A stretch of 64,000 nt of DNA from Candidatus Omnitrophota bacterium (GTDB lineage: Bacteria; Omnitrophota; Omnitrophia; Omnitrophales; Aquincolibacteriaceae). The notes under the pieces were generated by a model, which saw only the letters and a list, made by a program, of their open reading frames with translations, made no database searches and had not been told where the DNA came from. The stretch is taken from NCBI GenBank assembly GCA_035368605.1, contig DAOSLF010000003.1:64889-128888 (forward strand), in the 5' to 3' direction. Positions 48,016 through 59,366 of the stretch are shown here, piece by piece (within the stretch, counting starts at the first letter, position 1; every line of letters starts with the position of its first letter). The position numbers and the translations under genes were made by a program.

Positions 48016-49782
48016 TTATTCCCTTCCGATCTCCAGCTCAACACAGGTGCGATTGCGTCCTTCCGTCTTGGCCCGATAAAGCGCTTCATCGGCCCTGTGC
48101 ACCATCATGTCAGGCACCGTCTCTCCCGGCCGGAGGGTTGCGACGCCCAGGCTGATCGTCAGAGGGATGACCTTATCCTCGTGAATAAAAACTTCCTGCT
48201 CGACCCGTTTCCTCAGTTTCTCTCCAAAACCAAACGCGGTTTCGACAAGCGTGCATCCCCGGAGCATGATGATGAACTCTTCCCCGCCGTAACGTCCGAC
48301 GACGTATTTCCCTTTTTTCTTTTTCTCTTCGGGAAAAATCTCCTGCATGATCTGGGCCAGTTTTTTGAGCACCGCATCTCCCGCCAGGTGGCCATGAGTA
48401 TCATTGATGGTCTTGAAGCGGTCAAGGTCCAAAAGGATGATGGAGAGCGCGGTCTGTTTCTTGCAGGCTTCGACAACGGCGCTGTTAAGAAGCACGCGGA
48501 AATGGCGGATCACATAAAGTCCGGTCAGGCCATCGCGGGTGGCAAGCGCGAAGAGCCGCTCCTGTTCGCGACGTCCGACCGTCATCGAGAAAATAGACGA
48601 AAAAACAAAAAGCGAGAAGATCAAAAGAAGGGGGTTCAGGACGAAAACCCACATCCCCCGGCTGACGAACATCGCGAAGGCCGTCGCAACCCACACACCC
48701 CCCCACGCAAGCCCCGCCACGAACGAAATGATCTGCCGGAAGAAAATAAAGGTCGCCGACGCAAAAAGTCCGACCATCAGAAGGCAAAGAAGGTTCGCGC
48801 GGCGGGAGGCGGGATAAACAAACTGCTTCGTCAGGATGCTGTTCATGAGATTCGTCTGAACACCCACAGCCGGATAGGTCTCCTCCAGCGGATTGGCTTT
48901 GATATCCGTCAGACCAACCGCGGTGAGACCCACAATGCAGATCTTTCCTTTGACATCCTGGGGGGTAATGGCGGATTTCCCGCCCTGTTTCAGGACGCTG
49001 TAACTTTTGACCAGATCCACAAAAGAGATATGGCGAAAGGTGTCCTTCCATTTTCCGGCCCAGTTGATCACGATCTTCCCCTCTCCATCGGTCCGGAATG
49101 GCAACTTCCCCTCGGGGAGCGGCTGGCCCAGGTAATCATAGGCCACCCTCAACGCGAGATACGGATGTTCCTCCCCGCCGTAATCGAGATAAGGGATAAC
49201 GCGCCGCAGCGCGCCGTCCGGGTCCGGGAAAATATTGACATGCCCAGTCCCTTTCGCGAACTTCTCAAATTCCGGGAGGGAATGGATCCACACTCTTTCA
49301 TTGCCGAGCGGCTCAAGCATATTCGGCAGGTAGATGTTGTCAGATTCCTTCAAGGCCTCCAGAAGCGATTCATCGTCGAACGTGGTGCTCGGTTCGCTGA
49401 AGATCACGTCAAAGACGATCGCCTTTGCGCCCCACTCCTTGAGGATGCGGATCAGGGCGGCATGGTTGTGCCGGGCCCAGGGCCACCGGCCGATCACGCG
49501 AAGGCTGTCCTCGGCCATGTCGATATGCACGATCGCGGGATGCTGATAGATCGGAGGTCTTTGGCGGAAGAAAAAATCCAAGAACACGTACTCGAACCGG
49601 TTCATGAGAGGCGACGACATGAGCATCGTATGAACGCCGATGATCAAAAGACAAAACAGGAAATGGACTGCGTGAAGCCGGAAAGCGGTGCTGAAATAGA
49701 AACTGATCTCCCGCTGCTTTCTCCGAAAAAAGCTTCCCGGATGCTGCACAAGCCCCGAGGGCGGATTTTTCATTGTACCCAT
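48016..49782 (-). CDS. CHASE2-sensor diguanylate cyclase (GGDEF)
   Basis: N-terminal TM, CHASE2 region (IVHIDMAEDSLRVIGRWPWAR), a cluster of TM helices, and the GGDEF core RDGLTGLYVIRHF ... LDLDRFKTINDTHGH ... RYGGEEFIIML. Confidence 0.85.
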   Translation of the reverse strand: MGTMKNPPSGLVQHPGSFFRRKQREISFYFSTAFRLHAVHFLFCLLIIGVHTMLMSSPLMNRFEYVFLDFFFRQRPPIYQHPAIVHIDMAEDSLRVIGRWPWARHNHAALIRILKEWGAKAIVFDVIFSEPSTTFDDESLLEALKESDNIYLPNMLEPLGNERVWIHSLPEFEKFAKGTGHVNIFPDPDGALRRVIPYLDYGGEEHPYLALRVAYDYLGQPLPEGKLPFRTDGEGKIVINWAGKWKDTFRHISFVDLVKSYSVLKQGGKSAITPQDVKGKICIVGLTAVGLTDIKANPLEETYPAVGVQTNLMNSILTKQFVYPASRRANLLCLLMVGLFASATFIFFRQIISFVAGLAWGGVWVATAFAMFVSRGMWVFVLNPLLLIFSLFVFSSIFSMTVGRREQERLFALATRDGLTGLYVIRHFRVLLNSAVVEACKKQTALSIILLDLDRFKTINDTHGHLAGDAVLKKLAQIMQEIFPEEKKKKGKYVVGRYGGEEFIIMLRGCTLVETAFGFGEKLRKRVEQEVFIHEDKVIPLTISLGVATLRPGETVPDMMVHRADEALYRAKTEGRNRTCVELEIGRE

Positions 49783-49840
49783 CTCAAACCTTTTCCTCTA
49801 TTGGACGTGCGGACCTCTCTATAGTTACGGATATCCTCTC

Positions 49841-50491
49841 TCAAACTTTAAGGAACGCCGAGGGACAAAGACCGGAGATCTCGCACCCCGCGCAATCGGG
49901 CTTTCTCGCAAAGCAGCGGACGCGGCCATGGCGGATGATCAGGCCCGAGAACTCCGTCCAGCATTTTTCAGGAACGACCTTCCGGAGGTCAAACTCGATC
50001 TTGACGGGATCCGCATGCACCGTAAAACCGAGTCGGCGGTTGAGGCGGATCATGTGCGTGTCCACCGAGATCGACGGGACACCGAAAGCGTTCCCGAGCA
50101 CCACATTCGCGGTCTTCCTTCCGACCCCCGGCAGCGTCACCAGCTCCTCAAGGGTTGACGGTACCCGTCCGGCAAACCTTTCACAGACGGCCCGTGCGGC
50201 ACCAATGATATTCCTGGCCTTGTTCCGGAAAAACCCCGTACTCCGGATGAGACGTTCCAGGTCTCCCGGTCGTGCGACGGCGTAATCGTGGACCCGGGCA
50301 TAGCTTCGGAAAAGAGCCGGCGTGACCATGTTGACCCTTTGATCGGTACACTGCGCCGAAAGGATGGTCGCGACCAGAAGTTCCCACGGATTTGAAAAGT
50401 GGATCGGGCAGCGGATTTCGGGGTAAGCCTTCCGGAGTCTTCGGATCACTTTCAGAACGCGCTTTTTCCTCGCGGGGAGCGATTCTTTCAT
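49841..50491 (-). CDS. nth: Endonuclease III
   Basis: HhH-GPD motif LVTLPGVGRKTANVVL, catalytic Lys/Asp, and the C-terminal 4Fe-4S cluster CFARKPDCAGCEISGLC. Confidence 0.85.
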   Translation of the reverse strand: MKESLPARKKRVLKVIRRLRKAYPEIRCPIHFSNPWELLVATILSAQCTDQRVNMVTPALFRSYARVHDYAVARPGDLERLIRSTGFFRNKARNIIGAARAVCERFAGRVPSTLEELVTLPGVGRKTANVVLGNAFGVPSISVDTHMIRLNRRLGFTVHADPVKIEFDLRKVVPEKCWTEFSGLIIRHGRVRCFARKPDCAGCEISGLCPSAFLKV

Positions 50492-50608
50492 GAGTTCATT
50501 ATAGCCGAATCATGTGCGGCTCCGGGAACGGAATTTTTCATACGAAGCGGCCTTTCCCGTTTTTTTTCCCGGTTTTTTTTGTTATAGTGAATTCATCTCG
50601 GGGAGAAC

Positions 50609-51154
50609 TTGTTTGTGAATAGAATGAGAGCGGTGATCTTCAGAAAACACGACGGAACGGAAGCGCTGGATCAGGCCTACGTGCCGGTCCCCCAGCCGGG
50701 CGCGCACGAGGTGCTGGTCAGGGTATACGCGGCGGGAAGCGGGATCGGGAGCGCCGCAATCCAGATCGCAAAACTCATGGGATGCCGGGTCATCACGACC
50801 GTCGGCGGCGCAGAGAAAGCCGCCGGGCACGGCGCGGACGTCATCTTCGAGCATATCGGCGGCAACACCTTCACAAAGAGCGTGACCTGCCTGAACAAAA
50901 AAGGCCGTCTTCTCACTTGCGGTGCGACGGCGGGACGGAACGTAACGCTCGATCTCCGGTACCTTTACAGCAAACAGCTTTCCGTGATCGGTTCTTATAT
51001 GGGCGGCCTGGCGGAGCTGAAACGGATCATCCGCAGGATGGAGGACGAAAGACTGCGCCCGGTCGCGGACAGAATCTATCCCCTCGCCCAGACCAAACAA
51101 GCCTTTCAACGGATGGTTCGCCGCGAAAATTTCGGCAAGATCATCAAACCCTAG
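50609..51154 (+). pseudogene. Internally deleted zinc-type alcohol dehydrogenase / quinone oxidoreductase remnant
   Basis: N-terminus MRAVIFRKHDGTEALDQAYVPVPQPGAHEVLVRVYAAG is the start of an MDR GroES-like domain. It jumps after ~35 aa straight into the Rossmann segment GSGIGSAAIQIAKLMGCRVITTVGG. About 120-140 aa are missing relative to ~325-aa family members. Confidence 0.5.
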
Positions 51155-51193
51155 GTAACAATCACCTCACGCCCCGGAACTTCCCGAAGAAAC

Positions 51194-52090
51194 ATGAACC
51201 GGTCAAAAGCTTATTCATCCGGCATTCGCTCCATGAGCCTGAGCGCCGTCGCGTTCGCGTTGATGGCCCTCTGCGTCAAGCTGGTGACGGAGCGGCTTCC
51301 GTCGATCGAGATCGTTTTTTTTCGCAGTTTTTTCGGGATGCTCATCACGCTTTTTTTTCTCATCAAAAGCGGCGCCTCCGTCTGGGGGCGTGAGCGGCTG
51401 AAGCTCGTCGCGCGGGGCGCAAGCGGCTTCCTCGCCCTGATCCTTCACTTTTACACCATCTCGAAACTCGGACTCGGACTGGCGGTCATGCTGAACTATA
51501 CGGCTCCTATCTTTGCCGTCATTCTCGCGGTCTTTTTCCTGAAGGAGAAACCGGGCTTCCTCGTGTGGTTCCTGATCTTCCTCGCGTTCGGGGGAATCAT
51601 CCTTCTGAATTCATCCGCGATAACGGGTTGGCGGCCGGAAGTTTGGCTTGCGATCCTTTCATCCGTCTTCGCGGCCCTGGCTTACGTGTCGATCCGGACA
51701 ATCAAGCACCGGGAATCGCCTCTCACAATCATTTTTTATTTCACGTGGATTTCAACGGTTGGCTCGGCGTTTTTCTTCAAAAGCTGGATCTGGCCGGATG
51801 TCCGGGAGTGGTTCCTGATCGCGGGGGTCGTGATCTTTTCATTCTACGGGCAGTTGTGGATGACGTCGTCACTGCAGCAGGCGCCTGCCTACGTGGTCAC
51901 GCCGTTTCAGTACCTGCACCCCGTGATCTCTTTTTTGATCGGCTGGATCCTGTGGAAAGATCCTCTGACACCGGCCACCCTCGCAGGGATCTTTCTGATC
52001 GTCCTGAGCGGATCACTGATCTCCTACCTCGAAACCAGGGTCAGGACCCGCGAGGAGGTCTCCGCCCTTCCCGGCGAAACTTCCCTCTGA
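51194..52090 (+). CDS. EamA/DMT-family transporter
   Basis: Ten predicted TM helices in two EamA-like halves. Confidence 0.75.
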   Translation: MNRSKAYSSGIRSMSLSAVAFALMALCVKLVTERLPSIEIVFFRSFFGMLITLFFLIKSGASVWGRERLKLVARGASGFLALILHFYTISKLGLGLAVMLNYTAPIFAVILAVFFLKEKPGFLVWFLIFLAFGGIILLNSSAITGWRPEVWLAILSSVFAALAYVSIRTIKHRESPLTIIFYFTWISTVGSAFFFKSWIWPDVREWFLIAGVVIFSFYGQLWMTSSLQQAPAYVVTPFQYLHPVISFLIGWILWKDPLTPATLAGIFLIVLSGSLISYLETRVRTREEVSALPGETSL

Positions 52091-52092
52091 CG

Positions 52093-52944
52093 TTATGCGC
52101 CGGTTTTCACGGACGGTCCCTCTTCCTTTTTCGGACCCGCGACCTTGACCGCGAAGAACAGATAACCCAGATTGATCAAGAAGACAACCACCACGGGAAT
52201 GGGGATCGAGCGCAAGAACGGCAACATGTTAAACCAGGTGACCGTAAATCCGGTACTCATGGAAAAACAGGACAGGTTGAAGAGGGCCCCATAGCCGAGA
52301 TCGCTTTTCCGGATCGAGTCGAAAACAAGCGCCGCGATGGAATGCAAAAGCGCCAATACAATGAAGAACAGGTATAATCCGACCAGGAGCACGCCCAGCA
52401 GCATCGGTGCCATCACAGACCGGAGATTGTTGTAGAACTTGAGAACAACATCACCGGTAATGCGGACACGCTTCGGAAGCTCGCTGCCCGGCCGAGGTGT
52501 CGTTTTGAGGCTTCGGACTTCGACACCGTCCTTCGCCGCGGCGTTCCTGGCGTAAAACTTATCCGCCGTAACAAAGGCATAAGCGTCCCCCATATCTTCG
52601 ACCCTGACCGGCTCGATCCTTTTTGTGTCAATGATCGCGATCGCGCCAAACTCGGGATGTTCCAAAAGAAACGGTTGGGGTGTTTGATCGCTTTCCATCG
52701 ACAACCCCGCTTCGGGGGTCCAGATCATCGGCGGAAGATTTTCACCCATCCACTTGGCGAAGCCATCCGCTTTCGGCATCAGAGTGGCGCCCAAAGCGAC
52801 GGCAGCTACAAGGACAACGAGACCGGTAAGATAGAGTTGATAAAGGAGCCCGCGCGCGGGCGAACTCTTGGCGGCATTGCGATAGACCGCCGGCATAAAG
52901 AACGCGGTCAAGGGAGCGGCGAAAAAGGTCAGGACTTTATCCAT
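52093..52944 (-). CDS. Hypothetical polytopic membrane protein
   Basis: 283 aa with TM helices at both ends and a central soluble segment. I recognised no family. Confidence 0.45.
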   Translation of the reverse strand: MDKVLTFFAAPLTAFFMPAVYRNAAKSSPARGLLYQLYLTGLVVLVAAVALGATLMPKADGFAKWMGENLPPMIWTPEAGLSMESDQTPQPFLLEHPEFGAIAIIDTKRIEPVRVEDMGDAYAFVTADKFYARNAAAKDGVEVRSLKTTPRPGSELPKRVRITGDVVLKFYNNLRSVMAPMLLGVLLVGLYLFFIVLALLHSIAALVFDSIRKSDLGYGALFNLSCFSMSTGFTVTWFNMLPFLRSIPIPVVVVFLINLGYLFFAVKVAGPKKEEGPSVKTGA

Positions 52945-53413
52945 AGGTAATCTCCATGATTTTGAGTTTGATCGTTCTGGCGGGAGCCTGGATGGCCGCC
53001 TCTTCGTTCAGGACTTTCCCCAGCAGACCTTTCCCGATCGGCGAGGTGACCGAAATCTTGCCCTCATCAAAATTGGCCTCGTCCTGGGGAACCAGCGTGT
53101 ACCGGAAAATTTCCTTGTTGTCGAGGTCCTGGACCTTGACCGTGGCGCCGAGATAAACCTTGTCCTTCGGGATGTCGTTCAGGTCCACGACCCTCGCGTG
53201 CGCGATCTTCCGCTCAAGCTCCCCGATCCGGATCTCAAGCTGGTGCTTGGCTTCTTTGGCGGTTTCGTATTCCGCGTTCTCGCTCAGATCCCCGAATGCC
53301 CGGGCCTTCTCAAGCTGGTCCGCGACCTCGCGGCGTTTCGTGGTCTTGAGGGCGTTGAGGTCCTCAATCATTTTTTCGTAGCCCTGCCTGGTGACAATCA
53401 CTTTTTCCGACAT
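52937..53413 (-). CDS. greA: Transcription elongation factor GreA
   Basis: Starts MSEKVIVTRQGYEKMIEDL and contains DLSENAEYETAKE (acidic coiled-coil tip) plus the C-terminal FKBP-like domain. 158 aa; start taken at the internal Met. Confidence 0.85.
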   Translation of the reverse strand: MSEKVIVTRQGYEKMIEDLNALKTTKRREVADQLEKARAFGDLSENAEYETAKEAKHQLEIRIGELERKIAHARVVDLNDIPKDKVYLGATVKVQDLDNKEIFRYTLVPQDEANFDEGKISVTSPIGKGLLGKVLNEEAAIQAPARTIKLKIMEITYG

Positions 53414-53530
53414 AATCCACTCCGCCGGAGATGTTTTTCCGCTTTGAAGTCGAAACCGTCCATTGTTCGAGAATTCCTGGCTACACCGTCGATACGCCCG
53501 CAAAAACCATCCCGTCCGCCCTCCGGATTC

Positions 53531-54628
53531 TTACCGGAGCTCGAAGGAACTGTCCGCGAGAAACGGTTCATAGTCCGCTTCCCTGATACATCGGACGAGG
53601 TCCCCGGAACTTAAGCCCGCCGGGGCGAGACTTCCCGCTTCCCGCATGACACGCTCATGAAGATTTGTTCCTCCGATGTCATCCGCGCCGAACGACAGCG
53701 CGGCCAAGGCAAACTTGAAATCCGTCGCAGGCCAGTGGACCTTAAGGTGCGGGATATTATCCAACAGAAGCCGCGCAATCGAAAGCACTTTTAAGTCTGT
53801 AAACCCGCTGCTCATCGTAACACTCGTCGCGCCGTTCCCCGCGCGATCTTGCGCGTTCAAACCCGGCCGGCAATAAGGAAACGGGACGAACGACCGGAAC
53901 CCATGGGTCTCGTCCTGAAGCGTCCGGATTCGCATCATGTGGTCCACGCGATCGGCATAGTTTTCGACATGCCCGTAAAGCATCGTGGCATTGGTCGGAA
54001 TCCCGAGACCGTGGGCCGTTTCGTGGACCTTCAGCCATTCTTCACCGGATATTTTTTGCGGACATATTTGTTTGCGGACCTCCGCGGCAAGGATCTCCGC
54101 CCCCCCACCGGGCATTCCCCCTAACCCTGACTTTTTCAACCGTTCCAGCGTCTCTTTTATGGAAAGGCCCGAGCGGGACGCCAGGTCGTGGACCTCGGGC
54201 GCGCTCAACGCCTTGATGAACACCTCCGGAAACCGGGAAGCAACGCGCCGGAAAAGCTCCGTATAATAGTCCAGACCAAGCGCCGGATTATGCCCCCCGA
54301 CCATGTGGACTTCGTTGATGCCCCACCGTTCCACGGCCCTCGCGATCCTTGTCTCCGCCTCATCGATCGAAAGCGTGTACGCGTCGGGGTCGTCGGATGA
54401 ACGGGAGAAAGCGCAGAAACTGCAGCGGGTCACGCAGATATTCGTGGGGTTGAGGTGCAGGTTGACGGAGTAGTGAACGCGTTTTCCGTGCAGGCGGGTG
54501 CGAACGGACTGTGCGAGCCTTCCGATCCCGAGGAGATCGTTGCATTCAAAAAGAGCGATTCCGTCCCCGGCATTCAAACGCTCACCGCGATCAAGTTTGA
54601 ACCCGATATCCCGGAGAGTGCTGTCCAT
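53531..54628 (-). CDS. Radical-SAM menaquinone (futalosine pathway) enzyme, MqnE/MqnC family
   Basis: Cluster motif CVTRCSFCAF plus the conserved GG...G and C-terminal regions of the MqnC/MqnE/CofH-type family. I cannot separate MqnE from MqnC by eye. Confidence 0.7.
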   Translation of the reverse strand: MDSTLRDIGFKLDRGERLNAGDGIALFECNDLLGIGRLAQSVRTRLHGKRVHYSVNLHLNPTNICVTRCSFCAFSRSSDDPDAYTLSIDEAETRIARAVERWGINEVHMVGGHNPALGLDYYTELFRRVASRFPEVFIKALSAPEVHDLASRSGLSIKETLERLKKSGLGGMPGGGAEILAAEVRKQICPQKISGEEWLKVHETAHGLGIPTNATMLYGHVENYADRVDHMMRIRTLQDETHGFRSFVPFPYCRPGLNAQDRAGNGATSVTMSSGFTDLKVLSIARLLLDNIPHLKVHWPATDFKFALAALSFGADDIGGTNLHERVMREAGSLAPAGLSSGDLVRCIREADYEPFLADSSFELR

Positions 54629-54637
54629 CGGAGGATA

Positions 54638-55717
54638 TTATCGGGGAGAACGGCGCTTCCGGATTTCCCGGAAAAGCGCGTCGACAAGTTCTTCTTCGGA
54701 GACCACGCGGACCTGCTCGCCGGCGGCATAGATCATGCCCTGCCCCTTGCCGCCCGTAATCGCAAAATCCGCTCCCTGGGCCTCACCGGGACCGTTCACG
54801 ACACAGCCCATCACCGCGATCGTGAGAGGGCCTTCAAGCTCTGCAACCCGGTCTTCCACCTCACGCGCGAGCTTCGCCGCGTCGATCCCGGAGCGGCCGC
54901 AGGTGGGACAGGAAATGACGCGGACACCTTCCCGGAGTCTGAGCGACTCGAGGATCATCTTCGCGACCTTCACCTCTTCGACGGGGTCGGCCGTGAGCGA
55001 GACACGGATCGTGTCGCCGATCCCGTCCTGAAGGAGAGTCCCGACCCCGATCGCGTTATAAACGCTGCCCCGGATGAGTGTCCCCGCCTCGGTCACGCCA
55101 AGGTGAAGCGGATATTCGAACCGTTGGCTCGCAAGACGGTACGCGGCAATCATCGTCGGAACATCGGTGGCCTTCAGGGAGATCACGATATCGCGGAAGT
55201 CGTGCTTTTCGAGGATCGCCACATGCCGCCGCGCGCTTTCAACGAGCGCTCCCGGCGTGGGACCGAACTTCTGCATGAGGTCCTTTTCAAGGGACCCCGA
55301 GTTCACACCGATCCGGATCGGGATACGCCGGCTCTTCGCCTTTTCCACGACCTCGGCGACGCGCGCCTCGTCCCCGATGTTCCCGGGATTGATACGTAAC
55401 TTGTCCACCCCCTGGTCGATCGCCTCGAGCGCGAACCGGTAATTGAAATGGATGTCGGCCACGAGCGGGATGCGAATCCCCGCGCGGATTCTCCCGAGCG
55501 CTTTCACGTCCTCTTCCGTCGCGCAGGCCACGCGCACAATCTCGCAACCCGCGGCCTCAAGCCTCGCCACCTGATCGATCACGGCCGCGACATCGCGGGT
55601 GTGGACCTTGGTCATCGACTGAATGCGAACCGGTTGCCCGCCTCCCAGCACACAAGGGCCGACCTTGACGGACCGCGTTTTCTTTCTCGGATATAATGTT
55701 TTCGATTCCATAAGCAT
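54638..55717 (-). CDS. ispG: 4-hydroxy-3-methylbut-2-en-1-yl diphosphate synthase (GcpE)
   Basis: IQSMTKVHTRDV ... RVACATEEDV ... C-terminal CPTCGR and MGCVVNGPGE. The start is the internal Met MLMESK. Confidence 0.85.
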   Translation of the reverse strand: MLMESKTLYPRKKTRSVKVGPCVLGGGQPVRIQSMTKVHTRDVAAVIDQVARLEAAGCEIVRVACATEEDVKALGRIRAGIRIPLVADIHFNYRFALEAIDQGVDKLRINPGNIGDEARVAEVVEKAKSRRIPIRIGVNSGSLEKDLMQKFGPTPGALVESARRHVAILEKHDFRDIVISLKATDVPTMIAAYRLASQRFEYPLHLGVTEAGTLIRGSVYNAIGVGTLLQDGIGDTIRVSLTADPVEEVKVAKMILESLRLREGVRVISCPTCGRSGIDAAKLAREVEDRVAELEGPLTIAVMGCVVNGPGEAQGADFAITGGKGQGMIYAAGEQVRVVSEEELVDALFREIRKRRSPR

Positions 55718-55757
55718 TTCGGACCTTATCCAACCTCGCAGGTTGGATACGGGTACC

Positions 55758-57152
<1,395 letters not shown>

Positions 57153-57214
57153 TCAGAATTATTAAAATGACATGTCGTATGCGAGAGGCGGCAGGCGGCA
57201 ACCTGCCACATCAC

Positions 57215-58267
57215 TTACTGTATATTATTTTGAAGCACCGGATCCGCGAGCAGGCGGTTCCGGATCCACCACGCGTCCAATTCCGCCGGGAAATACCGCA
57301 TCGGAACTTTCCGTATCTCCCGCACCAGGGGAATGACGAGATTGGGCCAGCGGCCGATCTTTTCTTCGATCCGGCGAACCAGCACCTCCAGGGCGGCCGG
57401 ATCAGCCGCGCGGATCAGCGTGTAGACCGTGTAGGGAAACTCCGGATATCCGGGCCGCGTGTCCGCGCAAATGACCTCCGGGATCTCCTCAAAACAACCG
57501 GCGATCCTTTTCATCTTCTCACCGGGGACTTGCCACACGACAAGCCGTAGTGTCGATGCCGGCATTGCGGATCTGGCGCGCGTATAGCTCCCGATACGTT
57601 TCAGATGACCTTTTTGGCTCAGACCTTTCAGAAGGTTCAGGATGATCGCCTCGGGGGCATTCATCGCTTCGGCGATCTTGTGGAACGGTTCGTCCGTTTC
57701 CGGAAGATCGTCCTGCATCAGACGTATCAACCGGATTTCATCAAGCGAGAGTTCGGACCGCTCCGGGGATTGTCGCCGCTCCTCCCCTTCATCCACGGCG
57801 GCATACTCCTGTCCCGCCAGCGAAATCAGTGGCCCAGGCCCCTTGAGGACCTTGCGAAGCGGAAGATACAGACTTGGTACCGCCCCCGTTTGTCTCGCGA
57901 GGATCCGGATATGCGTTTCAGGATCGTGCCCGGCCGGCACCACGACAAAACACCAGAAGTTGATCTCATGCGCCCGTTCAACACTATAGAGGATCCCCGG
58001 ATGCCGGTGGATGATCTCCGCTTTTTGATCGAACGTCCCCGCCGGGAAATTCATCGCGGCCCAGGCCCCCCGGCACCGGAAACTCGTCGCATCCCAGAAC
58101 GTCCGGACACCGGCGATAACGCCGCCCCGCTTCAGCCTCTCAAGACGGAGGATCACATCCGCCCCGTCCGTGCCGATCCGGGCACCGAGGGCGTCAAAAG
58201 GACGGCTCACAAAATCCAGGCCTTTCCGGAGACAACTTAAAAAAAGACGGTCTTTTTCATCAATCAT
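57215..58267 (-). CDS. Fused tandem Lrp/AsnC-like protein; siroheme decarboxylase (AhbA/AhbB or NirD/L/G/H)-like
   Basis: Two consecutive HTH plus AsnC-ligand-binding-like halves (LFLSCLRKGLDFVSRPFDALGARIG ... and IRLIRLMQDDLPETDEPFHKIAEAMN ...), the architecture of fused AhbAB/NirDL proteins. Confidence 0.5.
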   Translation of the reverse strand: MIDEKDRLFLSCLRKGLDFVSRPFDALGARIGTDGADVILRLERLKRGGVIAGVRTFWDATSFRCRGAWAAMNFPAGTFDQKAEIIHRHPGILYSVERAHEINFWCFVVVPAGHDPETHIRILARQTGAVPSLYLPLRKVLKGPGPLISLAGQEYAAVDEGEERRQSPERSELSLDEIRLIRLMQDDLPETDEPFHKIAEAMNAPEAIILNLLKGLSQKGHLKRIGSYTRARSAMPASTLRLVVWQVPGEKMKRIAGCFEEIPEVICADTRPGYPEFPYTVYTLIRAADPAALEVLVRRIEEKIGRWPNLVIPLVREIRKVPMRYFPAELDAWWIRNRLLADPVLQNNIQ

Positions 58268-58369
58268 GGCGGTGAGGAAGAATCATACAAGAGGGGGGGG
58301 GGTTTGTCCATACACACGGCCTTAAAGCGAAGCACGGGGCGAAGGTTTTTTCGGGACGGGAGGTCCGGA

Positions 58370-59266
58370 TCAGACTTCGATCCGGAATTCCTTCAGGATT
58401 CGCGTTACAAGAGGATGCGGGATCTTGCGTTCGCGCCGGATCAGGTAGATAGTGTCCGTGATCTTGTACCGCGAATGATCCCGAAGCACGGAAAGTTCAT
58501 CTTTCTCGGGAGAATGGGCCACGGCATAAGAGTTGAGAAGCCCCACTCCCCTCCCCATCGCGACCAGGGCTCGCGCCACTTCAAGGTCCTGGATCTCCGC
58601 GACGATCCGGGGCTTGATCTTGTTCGCGTGGATATAGTTCTGGACCGCGTGATGGGTCTGGTCCGGCGCGGTAGGAAGGATGAGGGGGGTTCCATCAAGC
58701 CCCTGGGGAAGGTCCCGGAGCTTCCGGGCCTTTTTTTTATTCGCGCAAAAAACCATCGGGATCGTCGCGATAAGATGGTTCTGGATATTTTCTTCGAAGG
58801 AAGTGGGATAGGAAAAATCATTGAGGATCAGGTCCAGCTTGTGGACCATAAGGTCTTCGATCATCGTCTCGATCCGGTCTTGGCGAAGGGTCAGGTGAAT
58901 CTGGGGATCCGCTTCAAGGATGAACCGAACGAGGCTGTCCGCAATGGCCTTGGGTACCGCACTGGAAACCCCGAGCTGAATCCTGGACCCGATCCGGTAT
59001 TTCTGTTTTGACATCCCGTCCGCCAATTCCTGCGCCAGATCAAAGATCGCCTTGGCCGAATCGAACACAAGGGCTCCCTCCTCGGTCAGGGAGATCTGGC
59101 GCCCTTCCCGGTCAAGCAGCCGGAAATTCCAATAGCTTTCGAATTGGCGGATCTGGGCGCTCAGGGACGGCTGGGAAATGCAAAGGGCCCGGGCGGCCCT
59201 GGAAAAGGACCGCTCCTTTGCGACCATGTAAAAATAATAGAGGTGGTGAAAATTAAAAGGGATCAT
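58370..59266 (-). CDS. LysR-family transcriptional regulator
   Basis: N-terminal HTH FHHLYYFYMVAKERSFSRAARALCISQPSLSAQIRQFE, followed by a substrate-binding domain. Confidence 0.8.
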   Translation of the reverse strand: MIPFNFHHLYYFYMVAKERSFSRAARALCISQPSLSAQIRQFESYWNFRLLDREGRQISLTEEGALVFDSAKAIFDLAQELADGMSKQKYRIGSRIQLGVSSAVPKAIADSLVRFILEADPQIHLTLRQDRIETMIEDLMVHKLDLILNDFSYPTSFEENIQNHLIATIPMVFCANKKKARKLRDLPQGLDGTPLILPTAPDQTHHAVQNYIHANKIKPRIVAEIQDLEVARALVAMGRGVGLLNSYAVAHSPEKDELSVLRDHSRYKITDTIYLIRRERKIPHPLVTRILKEFRIEV

Positions 59267-59366
59267 AAATATAAGTTATAGGATTCATATAAAGTATATA
59301 TTTTATTTAAGTCCGAAACCAGCGGATAATTTTTCCGCGCTTCACACCCGAGACAAGGAGGGCGTC

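Noticed and set aside
47914-49824. 636-aa + strand ORF
   Set aside because: Antisense to the CHASE2-GGDEF gene, which has an intact GGEEF core.
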